A stretch of 63,773 bases of DNA, counting the filler, from Dimorphilus gyrociliatus (taxonomy: Eukaryota > Animalia > Annelida): assembly GCA_904063045.1 (NCBI GenBank). It is 5 parts of 5 records of this genome, joined end to end, with 100 filler letters (N's around TTAATTAATTAA, not from the genome) between each part and the next. Parts side by side here need not be neighbours in the genome. Positions count along the whole stretch, not along the records: positions 38,109 to 54,803 come from CAJFCJ010000097.1; positions 54,904 to 61,012 come from CAJFCJ010000046.1; 3 more parts are not named here. One strand, given 5' to 3'. Each line of letters begins with the position of its first letter. The first letter of the stretch is position 1. The notes under the pieces are model-generated. The model did not search any database. It saw only the letters and a program-made list of their open reading frames with translations, and was not told the DNA's origin. This document shows, one piece after another, positions 47,191 to 60,636 of this stretch. The translations under genes and the position numbers were made by a program.

Positions 47191-48149
47191 TAAGAAAGCA
47201 GTTAGAAAACTAATAATTAGGTCAGTAATTTGTGATGTATTAACCGAGGCTACTGAGATTGAAGATAAGCTGTGAAACCATCTTCCTGATCTGAATATTT
47301 AAGAGAAGTTTTAAATTTTGCAGTGATCATATTTACAGTTATTTCACTTATATTCTATATCTATTAAAATCATCTCTTTAAAGAATTTTAAATATTTTTA
47401 GCCCTATACAAAATTTCAAATCAATCGGAGCTAGTTGAAAATTTCAATATTTTCAATGGTCAACTGACTATTGAAAGTACCTGCCAGGGGATTTTTAGCA
47501 AATAAGATGCATCTAACTGGTACTGAGCCTAACGTACCGTAAACCTTTTAAGAGTCAGACTGGCAGAGAAATAACCCTAGCCTCTCAACTCACTTGAAGA
47601 CAGAAGAATACTTCCAAAATATTGAGTTTTTAAGTTGAGAAGTAGATTATCTAAAGTCCAAATTCTCTTCACTCTGTTTTAAGAATTTGGACTTGTGGTG
47701 TTGGAGATACCAGGAAAAGCTTTGGCCAGGAAATACTAGTTTTAGATAGTAATTCCTAATAGCCACACTAACCCTAGCCTACCAAAGCTTATAGTGTGAG
47801 TGCAACAAGCAGATTGCCAGTCAGTATTGGATTGCCAAACCCTAACTTTATAACCTAAATATCTGAAACTGCAACTGATGGTATAAATATTACAATTGTA
47901 TCATGAATATTTTGAACCTTATAGTATAGATATAGAACAATAATAAATAATTTGCTCTTTGCATAAAATAATGGAAATTTTGTGCATCATTTCAGTCTGG
48001 TTATTTTATGATAAAACGAGATATTTAGTTCTGTTTATTCTTATTAAGGTTGTTTAACATATCTATATTTGTAAATAGAAAACACAGACAGAGCCAGATA
48101 CAACAAAAAAAAGCAATTTATATGAAAGAAAAATGAATGCTTGTAACAA

Positions 48150-48530
48150 TTAGGAATTCAGATCAATATTTTGCTGAAACATTGTTCACAATTTAAACAA
48201 TAAGTCAATCTGAGAATAGAGAAATGAATTGAGATATATTGAGTATTTGTGAAGGACTTCAAATGTCTTCAAATACTTTAAAAAGTCTTCATTTTAATGG
48301 GTGTATTTTAAATGAAGATCAAAGTACACAGATTGGAGAAATGTTGCTAAAATAGAAGCAATAAGTCTTTTTTTGGAATAGACAGATGGGTAAGGGATTT
48401 GTTAAGCATTTGTGAAGGACTTTAAGCGTTATCAAACACTTTGAAAAGGTTTATCTTAATGTTGTATGAGTCGGGAAAAGGTTAAAGAAGAGACATTGAA
48501 ATTTACTAAAACATTGTTCAGATACAAGTG
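48150..48530 (+). pseudogene. Heavily decayed fragment of the 29/28-aa LRR family
   Basis: LSICEGLQMSSNTLKSLHFNGCILNEDQSTQIGEMLLK* and ...ICEGL*..SNTLK. Confidence 0.75.
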
Positions 48531-49063
48531 ACAGAGTCAAAACCTTAAAATTCCACAGCTAGCTCCAAGTGTTCAAGAAGGAGTTGATTGGAGTTTCTCT
48601 CTTTGCAATACAGTGCTAGTGTCTTTCAATAAACACAAGGCTGACACTGTCCTAGATCTGCAAAATGCTAAAGATTCACAAACTAAACATTGAAACATTA
48701 AAATCTATAACATGTTCAATGAAAAAGCCTTATACTAGTTATATTTTCTGAATAGATCTTTTGTTCTATCAGTCTATTGGTGCCAATAACAAAATTTAAA
48801 AGCTAATAATTTGGGTCTAATGACATGTAATAACTATAATATCTGGCCAATTCAAAGTTGATTTTGTATTTTCTTTGACAGCAATATTGATTATCTATAA
48901 ACAAGTCATAGTCAAATAATATGTCATCTAAATTTTTGACAATTTAAAATTATTGATTCATTTGAATGACAAATATTAATTATCTTTTAATTATCATTGT
49001 GTTTTTATAAATAATCAATTAAATGGACATAGGAAATCTCACAGAGAGACTAAAAGTGCTACA

Positions 49064-49366
49064 ATGAAGATTACTACAGTAGAAATAGTTGTCAAGTTTT
49101 TTTTACTATTTCTAATTAAAGGAATTCAATTTGGTTTGAAACAATTTCCAGTAACATTCATACTTTTTCAATGTTTTCTTAACATTTTTACACATATTGT
49201 GTATGATTTTAAAAAGTATGAAGGAGTTGGTTCATATGGCAATGATATTACAAGTGGTATAGCCTCATCATTTTCACTATGCGAAAACCACTGTAGGAAT
49301 ATTCAGCTTTGCGTTGCATTTACTTTTCATCCTACAAATAGCAAATGCTTTTTCAAAGGACGTTAA
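49064..49366 (+). CDS. PAN/apple-domain-containing secreted protein fragment (gene model unresolved)
   Basis: Hydrophobic N-terminus, then GNDI...CENHCRNIQLCVAFTF...KCFFK. Confidence 0.5.
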   Translation: MKITTVEIVVKFFLLFLIKGIQFGLKQFPVTFILFQCFLNIFTHIVYDFKKYEGVGSYGNDITSGIASSFSLCENHCRNIQLCVAFTFHPTNSKCFFKGR

Positions 49367-50241
49367 AAATAACTTTAAATCAATTGAAAAACATCAGAAC
49401 AGTGCCATTTTCAAAGTGGATTAGGATGCTAGATATCAGGCTTACTGATACCCCCAATTGTTTCTTTTTTTCTTTTTTTTTATTTCTATAATCCTTAATT
49501 GATAATGCCAAAAAATGAAGAAATAATCAGTGGTCTACTACTCTTTCTTATAAAAATTTGAATATTCAGAAAAAAAAGACAGATTTATTAAACAGCAATG
49601 CTTTTACATTATAATAATGAAACAAAAATCAGTGTACATTGAAATAAAAAAGCTAATGTTGATGCTGTTGGAAAATTTTCATTTATGGAAATACAAACTA
49701 CATCATTCCATAAAATCATTTGGTAATGTACAACTTTTGTTATACTATGCGATTAGATACAACTGATCCATGCACTTACACAAAAAACCTACATTTTTGA
49801 AAAGATTATGGAAATTTACAAATTGGTGAATTATTTACAATAATTAATGTATTGGCTTGTGAACTTCCAATGAATTTCTTTCATTTTGGTAAGACAAAAA
49901 AGTTGGAATGAAAATTTCAAATCATAATTCATTAAAAATAAATATCTGCTCTGTCATTCTTTTGAAAATTTAAAAGAAAAAAGAGATAAATTTAACTTTA
50001 TTTGTCTATAAAAATTTTCATAATCAAGTCAATCAATTTGTAAAATGATGTATTTGAAATGGTTGATAAATAATAATGATGAACTGAGTCCTTTGACTAA
50101 TGCTACTTAAATTTATGTTGTACTGCTTTAGCTAAGCTTCATTGTAAGTTTGAAAAATAAAATAGAACTAAAAAAAGCTAAATGATAATCCACAAAGGTT
50201 GACAATTGAGCACATAGTAACAACTCAGAATTTCATTATTC

Positions 50242-50876
50242 TGTACTGCTCTTGCTGGCGAAATCTATGCGTTTGCAAGTTATAACAATACTGGTTCTAC
50301 TCGAACCTTTAAACAAATGTTTAAATTAAAACGGTTTATTCGCAATAATAATACTTAAGCAAGTAACAATATGAGAGTTCGATAGCAGAGTAGATAGTTT
50401 GTAAAAGCAGGTTGCCAAATTACCAAACTGTCTTCTAATGTTGAGGAGTAGATGGATGGTTCCAGTGGAGGTTGTTTCCAGATGATTCTCCCAGGTCCTT
50501 GGGTCCAGATGGAAGCTGCATGCCAAATGAGAATAGTGAGGATTTATATACTTTGAGGTTTGCCTCTGACATCCAATCATCACTTTACAGTTGCCAAAAT
50601 GTGTAGTTCATATTTATGTTTAGTAACAGGATGTTACAAGGTTGAACATTTAGGAAGGTTAATTGAATTATAACTTGGCCACACCCTAGGCAAGTTAATT
50701 AAATTATAACTTGGCCAAACCTTTATTGGTAATTAAAGATGAGCCTTGAAGCTGACTAATCAGACTTATGTTTGGCCAATGTTATAGCATTTTCTTGCGT
50801 AGGTTTTAAGATGTACATGTATATGTTGCATAAAATAATAGAGTTCAAGCATGTAAAATATAACCAAAGTTGTACA
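50242..50876. mobile_element. Solo LTR (635 bp)
   Basis: TGTAC...GTACA termini, flanks ATTC and ACTC (4-bp TSD with one mismatch), highly similar to 52292-52906. Confidence 0.88.
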
Positions 50877-51896
50877 ACTCAGTATAATGGGACGGTATAA
50901 ACCACACAGTAACCGCTCATATAAGAGTTGGGAGTAATGCAAAAGGCTAGTTACAGACAAGGGTTGGATTTAGGGTTAAAGTAAAAGCAGTCATGTAAGG
51001 ACGAAAGTATACCAGTAAAGCAAATGTGATAAATTAAGATGGCTTGTGCAATCAAAACAAGGGATGTGAAATTTGACTGCCTGCCTCAGTAAAAGAATGG
51101 GATAGTCAGACAGTGAAGAAGATGAAAGAGACAGAGGGTAATATGCCGCACACAAAACTCCAGGACAGAGGACAAGATAAAAAGGATCTGAAAGATAGGA
51201 CAGATTGAAAGGAGAAGCAACAATGAGAGCAGTAGTAAATCCTGGATTGAGGGGCTTACAGAAACAAAAAGAAAAATTAATAATGAGGAACTCAAAGGGT
51301 AAAAGACAAAATTCACCCTTCTATGAAAGTACAACAAAAGGATTTGATGTGGAGGAATGGTGGAGGTTTAGAAAAAAGTGTTATTTCATTGAATTTATAA
51401 TTGTGGAGCTTTAGAAAGACTTTTATTTAGTAGAATAAGAGTCTAGACCTTTAAAAAGATCTATATTCTGTAGGAAATAGATTCTTTGACCATTACAGAT
51501 GGTGCCACTATGGAATTAACAAAGAAACAAACAATATGAAAAAATGCATGTCAAACTTCTTATATCTCATTCAAAACAGATGTGGAAGACGCAGGCTTGT
51601 TAGCCATAACTGATGTAATAATTTTTCCTGTTTTTTTTTATATATGCATTATGAGACCATTAAATTTAAACTTCATAATCCTTTGTGCTTCAATCTGAAA
51701 TCATCTGGTCGGAATCTTGTAGTAGATTTCAATTTGGAATTTTTCAGCATTGTCAGAATGTAATTGTTATCTATATCCGAAATATCAGGTGCAATATAAT
51801 TTTGCCAAAATAAGTGTTTTTACTATTGGTGTTGATTGGGTTTTTAGCAACATGTCATAGCTTTTATCACCTTCTCTATACCAATCGTTGGTTTAT

Positions 51897-52000
51897 GGAG
51901 AAAAATGTCCACAAGAGAAAACATTCACAGGAGAAATCGTCCACAACTAAAGAGAAAATGTCCACAAGAGAGAACGTCCACAGGAGAAAATGTCCATAAC
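51897..52000 (+). repeat. Short degenerate tandem array of a GAGAAAATGTCCACA-like unit
   Basis: About six imperfect copies of gagaaaa(t/c)gtccaca. Confidence 0.7.
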
Positions 52001-52291
52001 TTAGGAGAAAGCATGAACAGTAATTTTTTATATGAACAACGGTTTAGAGATTAATATTTGGTATAGATAATTGGATGTTTTCTCCTACACCCCCTATCAA
52101 TATAAGTTACAATATTTTGTTTATCTGTTTCATTTGCATTTCTCAAAAAGGATTTCTTTTTTCCTTGAAACTTTTCCAGTCTCATAGCTTCAATATTTGA
52201 AATAACTTGATAATTTGTGTCTGTTAGCATTATCTTATTAGCATAGTTTGACTCTTTGAGGTCAGTTTTTAATAAATCAAATGCTTTATGT

Positions 52292-52906
52292 TGTACTGCT
52301 CTTGCTGGCAAAATCTATGCATTTGCAAGTTATAACAATACTGGTTCTACTCAAACCTTTTAAACAAATGTTTAAATTAAAATGGTTTATTCACAATAAT
52401 AATACTTAAGCAAGTGCAATATGAGAGTTCAATAGCAGAGTAGATAGTTTGTATTAGCAGGTTGCCAAGTTACCAAACTGTCTTCCAATGTCGAGGAGTT
52501 GTTTCCAGGTTATCTTTCCAGGTCCTTGGGTTCAGATGGAAGCTGCATGCAGAATGAGAATAGTGAGGATTTATATACTTTGAGGTTTGCCTCTGACATC
52601 CAATCATCACTTTACAGTTGCCGAAATGTGTAGTTCATATTTATGTTTAGTAAGAGGATGTTACAAGGTTGAACATTTAGGAAGGTTAATTGAATTATAA
52701 CTTGGCCACACCCTAGGCAAGTTAATTAAAATCATAACTTGGCCAAACCTTTATTGTTAATTAAAGATGAGCCTTCAAACTGACTAATCAGACTTATGTT
52801 TGGTCAGTGTTATAAGCATTTTTCTTGCGTAGGTTTCAAGATGTACATGTATATGTTGCATAAAATAATAGAGTTCAAGCATGTAAAATATAACCAAAGT
52901 TGTACA
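52292..52906. mobile_element. Solo LTR (615 bp) with perfect 4-bp TSD ATGT
   Basis: ATGT|TGTAC...GTACA|ATGT. Excising it restores a minus-strand frame (...RVLIPH-KAFDLLK...). Confidence 0.92.
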
Positions 52907-53959
52907 ATGTGGAATTAACACTCTTTTTCTTGGTCCACCTAATCCTCTTATGTGTCTGTCTTGATATGGGAGGTTCATTATTGAATAGTTTGGATATGAT
53001 AAATATCTTCTTAGCTTGATGCATTCAACATTTTTATCTAGAGTTTTTCAAGATGATGTATGACTTTGTGTATTATTACCAACAATTAACAGGCATAAAC
53101 CACTCTAATTTGTCTTATTTATCCAGTTCATTTCTTGTCCAATGTGTTCATTGACTATTTGAACCCAGTCAGCAAATGTGTTAATTGTAGGTTTTCTTTA
53201 TTAAGTCTTTATTTCTTTTGATAAACCATATTCAATCAATTCACTTTTCCATTCTTCACATTGTTTAGAACTAGAAACTCATTTACCTTAATATATTTTC
53301 TTTAACTGAAATACTGGGCACTTTGGTTGATTAATTTCTACAAAAATTACATTTTTTAAGACTATTTGTGTAGGAACTTGAAAGGTTCTATTTGTGTGAG
53401 TACTTTGGTAAATTGATAAATAATTGGAAAGGACAAATACTGTTCCGAAGAAGCAGATATTCCTATGATTACAATACAACAAAGTACATATTCTATATGC
53501 TTTTCCTATGTATTAATAAATAAAATGTCTGGAATTTCAAGAGTCATGGTTTCACCTAATATGACTAGGGTTTCAATCAGGTATGGTTTTACCCCCTATT
53601 TTGTTAAATTTCAAGTGTATAATTCAGCTCAACAGATTCTGTATAATGTGATCATTATATTATTCAATATTATATTTATATACTTCTTAACAACCTATTT
53701 TAGCAATATCCATTTAAAATATTTTGCATTTTAGACACTTCCACATTTGATTTATTTAAAAGATTATTTAAAATTTCCCATTTTTCATAAAATATCACAA
53801 ATTTTAAAAAACAAAAATAGATACTCTTCTTCTGAGGTGGTTTCATTCTTTCTTCAAATGAATTTATAATAAGTTCTGAATCAGAGCCTGGATAGGTTTT
53901 AGTGCCAGCTTCTTCAGTGGTGTTTTGGTAGTTGTGAAAATATTTTCCCAACATTCCAA

Positions 53960-54803
53960 AAGTTTTTTTGTCATATTTGCTTGTTTTCCAGATTTGTTTG
54001 TTGATTTTGGGCTTGTTGTATAAACTTCTTAACTGGTTCCCCTCTTTTGATAAAGAATGGAAGGGAAACTTGTTTTGTTGCAAAGTTGATAATGGCTCCA
54101 GAATTTTGTAAGAAGTCACAACCAAGTATTACAGCCATATCCAATTTTTCCATAATGAAAAATTCTTGTTTCATAATTCTTCCAGCAAACTGGATGTTCA
54201 ATTTTGCTTTTCCTTTAATCTTTAAAGCTTTTCCATCTGCTTAAGTGATGGTTGGTAAGTCTGTAGTTTCTATCATGATGAATTTAATGGTCCATTAGCC
54301 TGATTTCCTTTTCAGTAATAAAGGACATAAAGGCTCCTGTATCACATAAGGCCATGACCTCTCTTCCATTATGATATTTAATTCGAAATTGGAAATCTTT
54401 TTCTGCCTTTTACCAAAGAAGTACACTTAAAATGTGCGATTTTCTCTTTTTTTTGAGATTAAATGTTGCCATTCTTCCTTTAGAAATTTCAGTCTCATTC
54501 GGTTCATCAGGTCCAACATGTATTAGTCTCTTAAAGCTGCCTTTTTCATTATTTCCTGCATTTCCATTTCTTTGTTGTTGAAATCTATTTGAGAAAAAGG
54601 TTTAAATGTATGTTCATTTTGATTTGAGTTACTCTGATTGTTGTCAAATCTCCTTTTGTACTGTTTGAATTCATTTTTGCTTTCCTTTCTTGCATTATCA
54701 AAAAAATATTTTTGCTGTTTTTGCCAAATTAATATACTGATTACTGAGTTAATCTTTCATCTTTTTCCACATGATTAGCCATTTCAGTATTATTGAATGG
54801 TAG
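53960..54803 (-). mobile_element. LTR retrotransposon gag-protease remnant
   Basis: Retropepsin motif VMALCDTGAFMSFI (DTGA at 54332-54343) and ...VILGCDFL. Upstream Asn/Gln-rich gag-like sequence, many stops. Confidence 0.75.
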
Positions 54804-54903
54804 NNNNNNNNNNNNNNNNNNNNNNNNNNNNNNNNNNNNNNNNNNNNTTAATTAATTAANNNNNNNNNNNNNNNNNNNNNNNNNNNNNNNNNNNNNNNNN
54901 NNN
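54804..54903. other. Assembly gap with TTAATTAATTAA linker
   Basis: 44 N + 12 nt + 44 N. Confidence 0.95.
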
Positions 54904-55173
54904 TTAATAAAAATGACTAGATTCTTAAATATGTTAAAGAAAATTTTGAACTAAAAAAAACATATTTTTCATATATTTTCAATGTTCTTAACTGTAAAAG
55001 TTATATCCTTCATCATTTTCATTGTAGCAATCACGTTTTTTATCATTTATATATGTGGAATGAACACAAGTATTATCACAACTGATTTGTCTATTAGGGT
55101 GACAACCTAGATAGAAAAAGACATTAAAGATTATAGATTGACAATATGAAAGTCTCTGGAAAAGCTTAGGAAT

Positions 55174-55700
55174 TTGGAATGCAGAGAATTGAGATATCTG
55201 AATTTATCTTGGACAAAAATAAAGAAAATATCTGAAAATGGTTTGTCAGCAATTGAAAATCTAAGAAAATTTGATATTTCAAATTGTAAAATTAAAGATA
55301 TTCATCAAAATTCATTTCAAAATTTCACAAAATTAACACATTTCTATTTGAATAATACTCAACTTCCTCTTCCTTATTGTTTTTAACTTCAATTTTATTT
55401 ATGGTAAAAGGTATTTTCTGCTTTTAACAGTTCTTTGTGATCTGGGATTTGTATTATATACTACTTCTATTCTGATTGTTGACTATATCTTTTGGAATAT
55501 TTACCTTTCTAGTGATTATCAATGGAGAAATAGCATTTTTTTGCCAGACTCTTGGATTTACTATAACATTTTCTTTGCTATTAAAACCAGTGACATTATT
55601 ATTTTTTGATTTTCACTACTTTAATACTTTACTTAAGAAGTTTTCTATTAAAAAAGATTTTCCAAATTGTATAATTGTTCTATTCATAAATTTTATTTTT
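55174..55700 (+). pseudogene. Third LRR-GPCR remnant
   Basis: LRYLNLSWTKI...LRKFDISNCKIKDI..NSF (matching LRRs at 28.9 kb), then FCQTLGFTITFSL (TM3-like). Broken frames. Confidence 0.6.
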
Positions 55701-58575
55701 TGAAAACAAAGTAAACTTGAGTTTTTGTTTTTCTAACATTCTTCATCTTCTGACTTTGAATAATGTAATTTAGCCTACAAGTAATTTGTTTATTTGGATT
55801 ATTTTTATATATTGGCCTTTGTGTACTTTCATTAATCTCCCTCTATGGTTAAAAACATCAGCTATAAATAGAAGAATAAACAGAAAATTAAGAAAAATTC
55901 AAGAAAGGTTTGCTATTGTTCTCACAAACTTTCCACAACAAAGAAGTGGATGATTATGGGAATAGATTATATAAGACAATTGTGTAATAAGGGTCGAGGT
56001 GTATCTTTCCTCAAAGCCACAGTTTTGTTAGTATCTGTCCCCTTTGCAATGATTCTTTGAATTTCCAAAATAGGCATATAAAATGCTTCAATTTCCATTC
56101 TATAGAACAAAAATTACTGAAACAACTACAAGGGAAGAAACTGAAATATGTTGAGTAAACATATTATCTACTTTTAGTTTCTTTTATCTTTTTATTAAAA
56201 ATTATTTCAGCTTTACAATTTGTGAATAATTTTGAAACTTTTCATTTGAAATTTCTTCCTTTAATTATTAAAAATCAAGATTTTACAAAGAGAGATGAAG
56301 TTTCTTTTTCTTTCTTAATAATATTTTAAATGAAATAAAAATTTCAGGTGATAACTAGAAAATTCTTTTTACACTTAAGTAATGTTAGCAATGGGAGTGA
56401 ATCTGCTAAACATAGAGATATGTTGACCATTGGAAGAGTAATAAGAAAAATACTCCAAAAGAGGATAAAACTTTTATAAAACTTCTATCTGTCTTTTGTT
56501 TCATTCAGTTTAATTATATTTATTTTAAAATACAAGATTTTACTTATTCACATGAACTCTAACTACTAACATGGTTTTAAACTTATTATTCTTTTGACCC
56601 TGGTTTTACCCTAACTCAGCCCTGAACCCTATTTTAAAAGCTTCATTCTTCCTAACCTATACCTAACCCAAAATCTCACCCAAAACTGACTCCAAAATGG
56701 TCCCCTTCAATTTGGAAGATTAGAAAACTTTTCAGTAAAGGACTTAAAATGAACTGAGTTAGAATTTAACTTTTTTTGAAATCACCTAACATCCTATAGA
56801 TTTTATGTTGGTAGGAACACCAGCACTATCCAGGTTAGGGTTAGGGTTAAACTGTGCATTTAGGAACGTTTTCTATTGTATCCTTTTTTGATATATCTCT
56901 ATATTTCAGCAAAAAAAAAAGAATTATATAAAATAAACTAAAGAACAGAAAACGTCCTCAAAGTGACAGAAAACATCCACAAGCTTAGAGAAAATAGACT
57001 CATGAAGATAGAAAGAACAGGGCTGTATTAATTAAAAAATATCTGCACAAAATAATATTTAAATTTTTTAGAATATTTCACAAATTTCACAATAAATGCT
57101 CCAAACAACAATTGAAAATCTTCAGCCAGTAAGACAGAAAAATTCTACTTCTTTCTCTATTATCACTCATTAGAGGTAATGTGAAAATTTATTATTTATT
57201 GTTTTCAAAAAGAAATCTTAGCAATTTGGGAAAAGTTTAAAGCTGGCAAAATTACAGAGATAGTCAAGTTCTTGAAATGTCTTCTGAAGTGTATTATAAA
57301 TACCTTTACTTCTGTTTTCTGTAGTATGTTAATGTCAAAATATATTTCATTAAATTTGGAAAATCATTTAGATATCAATTATTATTTTAACTAATTTTTC
57401 ATTTCTAGAATTAACATTCAAACCTGGCATAAAATAATATAGCATTCATTTGAATTGTCTGCCCAGGGACGTTTTCTGTCGGGCCCCTTTTGGATTGTAT
57501 GTATATGGAATATGAAAAAAAATTTCAGATAGCTTATCAGTGATTTTACTCAATGTCAATATTGCTTGTTTTGTCTAAAATAGATAGAAAATAAACTCAA
57601 TTATTACACATTCTATCAATATAAATTCTATTAGAAGATATTTGAATTAGTAGAATGAAGAAAAAAGTTAGGAAAAATATTCTTCTTAACATTTTAAAGT
57701 TAAGTTTATTTTTTGTCTTTTTTATATGAAAATATCTGAACAACTACAAAACAAGAACATCATTTTAACTGGAAATTGCATAACTTAAATCCATGTATTA
57801 TATATGCAATTCTCTTCCATTTCCATTATTTTATTACAAAAGCAGGAAGATTAGATTAATGAATAATTAATTGTGTTCACACAGTTTTTAAATATTTGAT
57901 AATCAAGCAAAATACAGAATGATGGAATGTTTAAAGAATCGCGTTTAAATATTGATGTGTCATCATTAAAATTTAGTAAAAATTTTCACCAGTGCATAAA
58001 AAATGCATGTTATGGATTTAATTCTAAATAACACAAGCTTTTCCATAAACAAAAGAGAGAAATCCAATCAACTTTACCTGGGGTATAGTTTTATTAGATG
58101 TACAAATAGTGTCATTGGAATGAAAAAGGGTGCAATATTGTTTAAGCTGTCACTTTATGAGTAATGAAATTTGATCTATTATCAGAGTGGAGAATTTATA
58201 TTCAGGATCATATGGCACACATAATTTCCTTTCAAAAATCTTACTTGGGGACATTTTCTATTGGCCCTGAAACAAAAAAAAAAGCAAAGAATAAAAAATA
58301 CAATCTAACTAAGCCTTTTACAATATGCCTTTAAAATGTCAATTGCATAAAATTAAATACAAATCTATTGATGAGAATTTATTACACCAAGGCAACAGTA
58401 AATCAATTTTAATATTTATAAGAACTATTTACTTCATTTCCTACTAAAATTAATAGAATTAAATCCATAACATTCATTCTTTATGCACTTTGTGATAGAA
58501 AAAACAGCAAAAACTCTGAGTTTTCAATTGCTTTAGATATTTTACTTGTGTTTAAAGAAAAGTCGAGGATTCAAA

Positions 58576-58730
58576 ATTGGAAAAAAAGTAATTTTTTTCT
58601 GATGAATCAAAGGTTGAGCTGCATCCCAGGGGGAGGGAGTTTGTTAGGAGGCCACCAGGAAAACGAAATGACCCTAACTATACAACAAAAACAGTAAAAT
58701 TTAAGGGAAGGGAATATCATGGTGTTTGTT
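58576..58730 (+). mobile_element. Tc1 family 2 transposase fragment
   Basis: NWKKVIFSDESKVELHP.GREFVRRPPGKRNDP.YTTKTVKF, nearly identical to 23170-23310. Confidence 0.85.
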
Positions 58731-59179
58731 AAATTTTATAAAGATATATTATCAGAGAATCTGTAATACTACAATATTATTTGATTACTTACATATGTAT
58801 TAGCAATATTTATATCTGTATTATAAAAGTTATCAAATGTTTAGAAACTCTGTCCACACAATTGATGATTCATTAATCTAGTGTTCCTGCATTTTTAACA
58901 AAATAAGTAAAATGAATGGAAAAGAATTGCATATATAAAATCTGGATTTAAGTTATGTAGATTCCAGGAAAATTATTTTCTTGCTTTGTCGTTGTTCAGA
59001 TATTTTCATATAAAAAAGACAAGTAATTTAAAATGTTAAGAAGAATATTTTTCCTAACTTTTTTCTTCATTCTACTAATTCAAATATCTTCTAATAGAAT
59101 TTATATTGATAGAATGTGTAATAATTGAGTTTTTTTATCTATCTAAAGTTTTGTAAATTTGATCTCATTTTTTTTCAGT

Positions 59180-60171
59180 TTGCAATACATTTATTGGTCA
59201 GAAGAATGTAAAACTGGTTAATACGGAAGATACTTCAGTAACGCAAAATTTGGAATGGACAGATTGTATTCAATCTTTCCTTGATAGTAATGCTCACGCA
59301 AGTGTTGAATATAATGAAATATCGAAAGAGTGTCGCAAAAAGAGATTTGGTTCTTATGGATCTAACTTAACAGCTGCAGAAGGAACTTTATATTATACTA
59401 AAATTGTCAATAATGGTAAAATTATAAGTGAAATATTTGTGAAAATCTAAATATAATCTTTTAAAAAGGTTCCCAGACTTGGCAACATTTAGCTGGAAAA
59501 TTAATACACAATTGTCTGCCTTGCGCCACACTACATAATTTTGATTCCACTGATATAGTAACGTGTAAAGAAGAATGTTTAAAACATAAAGATTGCCTTT
59601 CAATAAAGAAAACCTCATCTACAAGTTGTGCTTTTTTCTCTTTAGTTGCAATCCCTGGTGGTTTATTGGATTACCCCGGTTTTTCTTATTATCAGAAACA
59701 AAATCCCCTAAGTAAATCAGAAATACTTTTCTAATAAAATACAATTTATTAAATTGTGTTTATTTTCTAGCATTATTCAATATTTCTACAGAGAATATCT
59801 GCCTCGAATCACAAACACAGTTTATTAAATCAATTGGTGATGGAATTATTGAATGTCCATTAAAAACAATCTCTATCCCAGCAAATTTTCAAATAAAATA
59901 TACATCTGACAAAATGATTAATGGAAACATACAAATTTCTATCTATATAATGGAAAATGATGAGGATAAGTGCTCAAATATCATTGTTTTAAACGATCCA
60001 AATATTCAAATTCAAATGTGTAATATGGAAATGAATGAAAAGAATTTCTGTAAATTTGTGTGTGCAGGAGATGATTATAATGAAATTATTATTCAAAGTT
60101 TATCAGCTAAAAATATTTTCTGTGAAATTCAAATTTTGTCTGAAGATAGAATGATTAATGTCTGTATGTAA
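59180..60171 (+). CDS. Putative multi-exon Cys-rich secreted protein with PAN-like segment (5' end not found)
   Basis: Open exon-like stretches with AG acceptors at ~59179, ~59646 and ~59770. DCIQS...ASVEYNEISKEC and C-terminal CKFVC...FCEIQI. Confidence 0.35.
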
Positions 60172-60348
60172 AAGAATCTTTCTTGAAATACATTTTGAAT
60201 GAATTAATTTTCCAAGTTTAAGAATTACAGTAAATTAACTTGATAGTCAAGGAAGTTGTCAACATTTGATGAATACTTCAGAATCTTTACTGAATATGCT
60301 ATATATTAATTAACAGTCTAATTAAGACAAGCATAAAACTAGTTGGTT

Positions 60349-60550
60349 GACAGAAAACATCCACAAATAAGAAATTTCAAGACTAGATTTTGCATTGAGA
60401 AATTGTTTAGGGGGAAAAAGACAGTAACTGATTTGTACTTAGGAGGATCTCCTCTAAGGGTTAGGGGAATGGAACAAGTTAGGTATAGCCAAGGGTTGGG
60501 TTAGGGTTAGGGTAAAAACACTGATTTGTGGACATTTTCTGTTGTATCCC
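60349..60550. mobile_element. Small MITE-like element with ~14-bp inverted ends and internal TTAGGG repeats
   Basis: GACAGAAAACATCC at 60349 versus GGACATTTTCTGTT at 60530, with GGGTTAGGGTTAGGG at ~60498-60512. A related end occurs at 56833-56883. Confidence 0.5.
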
Positions 60551-60636
60551 TAAACTTGATATCTCTTAAATGTTTTCTGACATTATTCATAGAGAGACGC
60601 TGCTAGTGAACAGAATGACAAATTAATCAAAACTAC

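Noticed and set aside
50112-50127. 16-nt match to the left junction of the 52292 LTR (tttatgttgtactgct)
   Set aside because: No similarity beyond it; could be chance in AT-rich DNA.
50290-50310. GGTTCGAGTAGAACC (minus strand) resembling a tRNA T-loop/B-box, suggesting a SINE or tRNA
   Set aside because: No A-box or cloverleaf; it lies within elements with TG..CA ends and 4-bp TSDs.
51897-52000. Short repeat array superficially CRISPR-like
   Set aside because: Degenerate tandem units without unique spacers, eukaryotic context, no cas genes.
52292-54803. The LTR at 52292 as the 3' LTR of the gag-protease remnant
   Set aside because: A perfect TSD on both sides and a restored reading frame show it is an independent later insertion.
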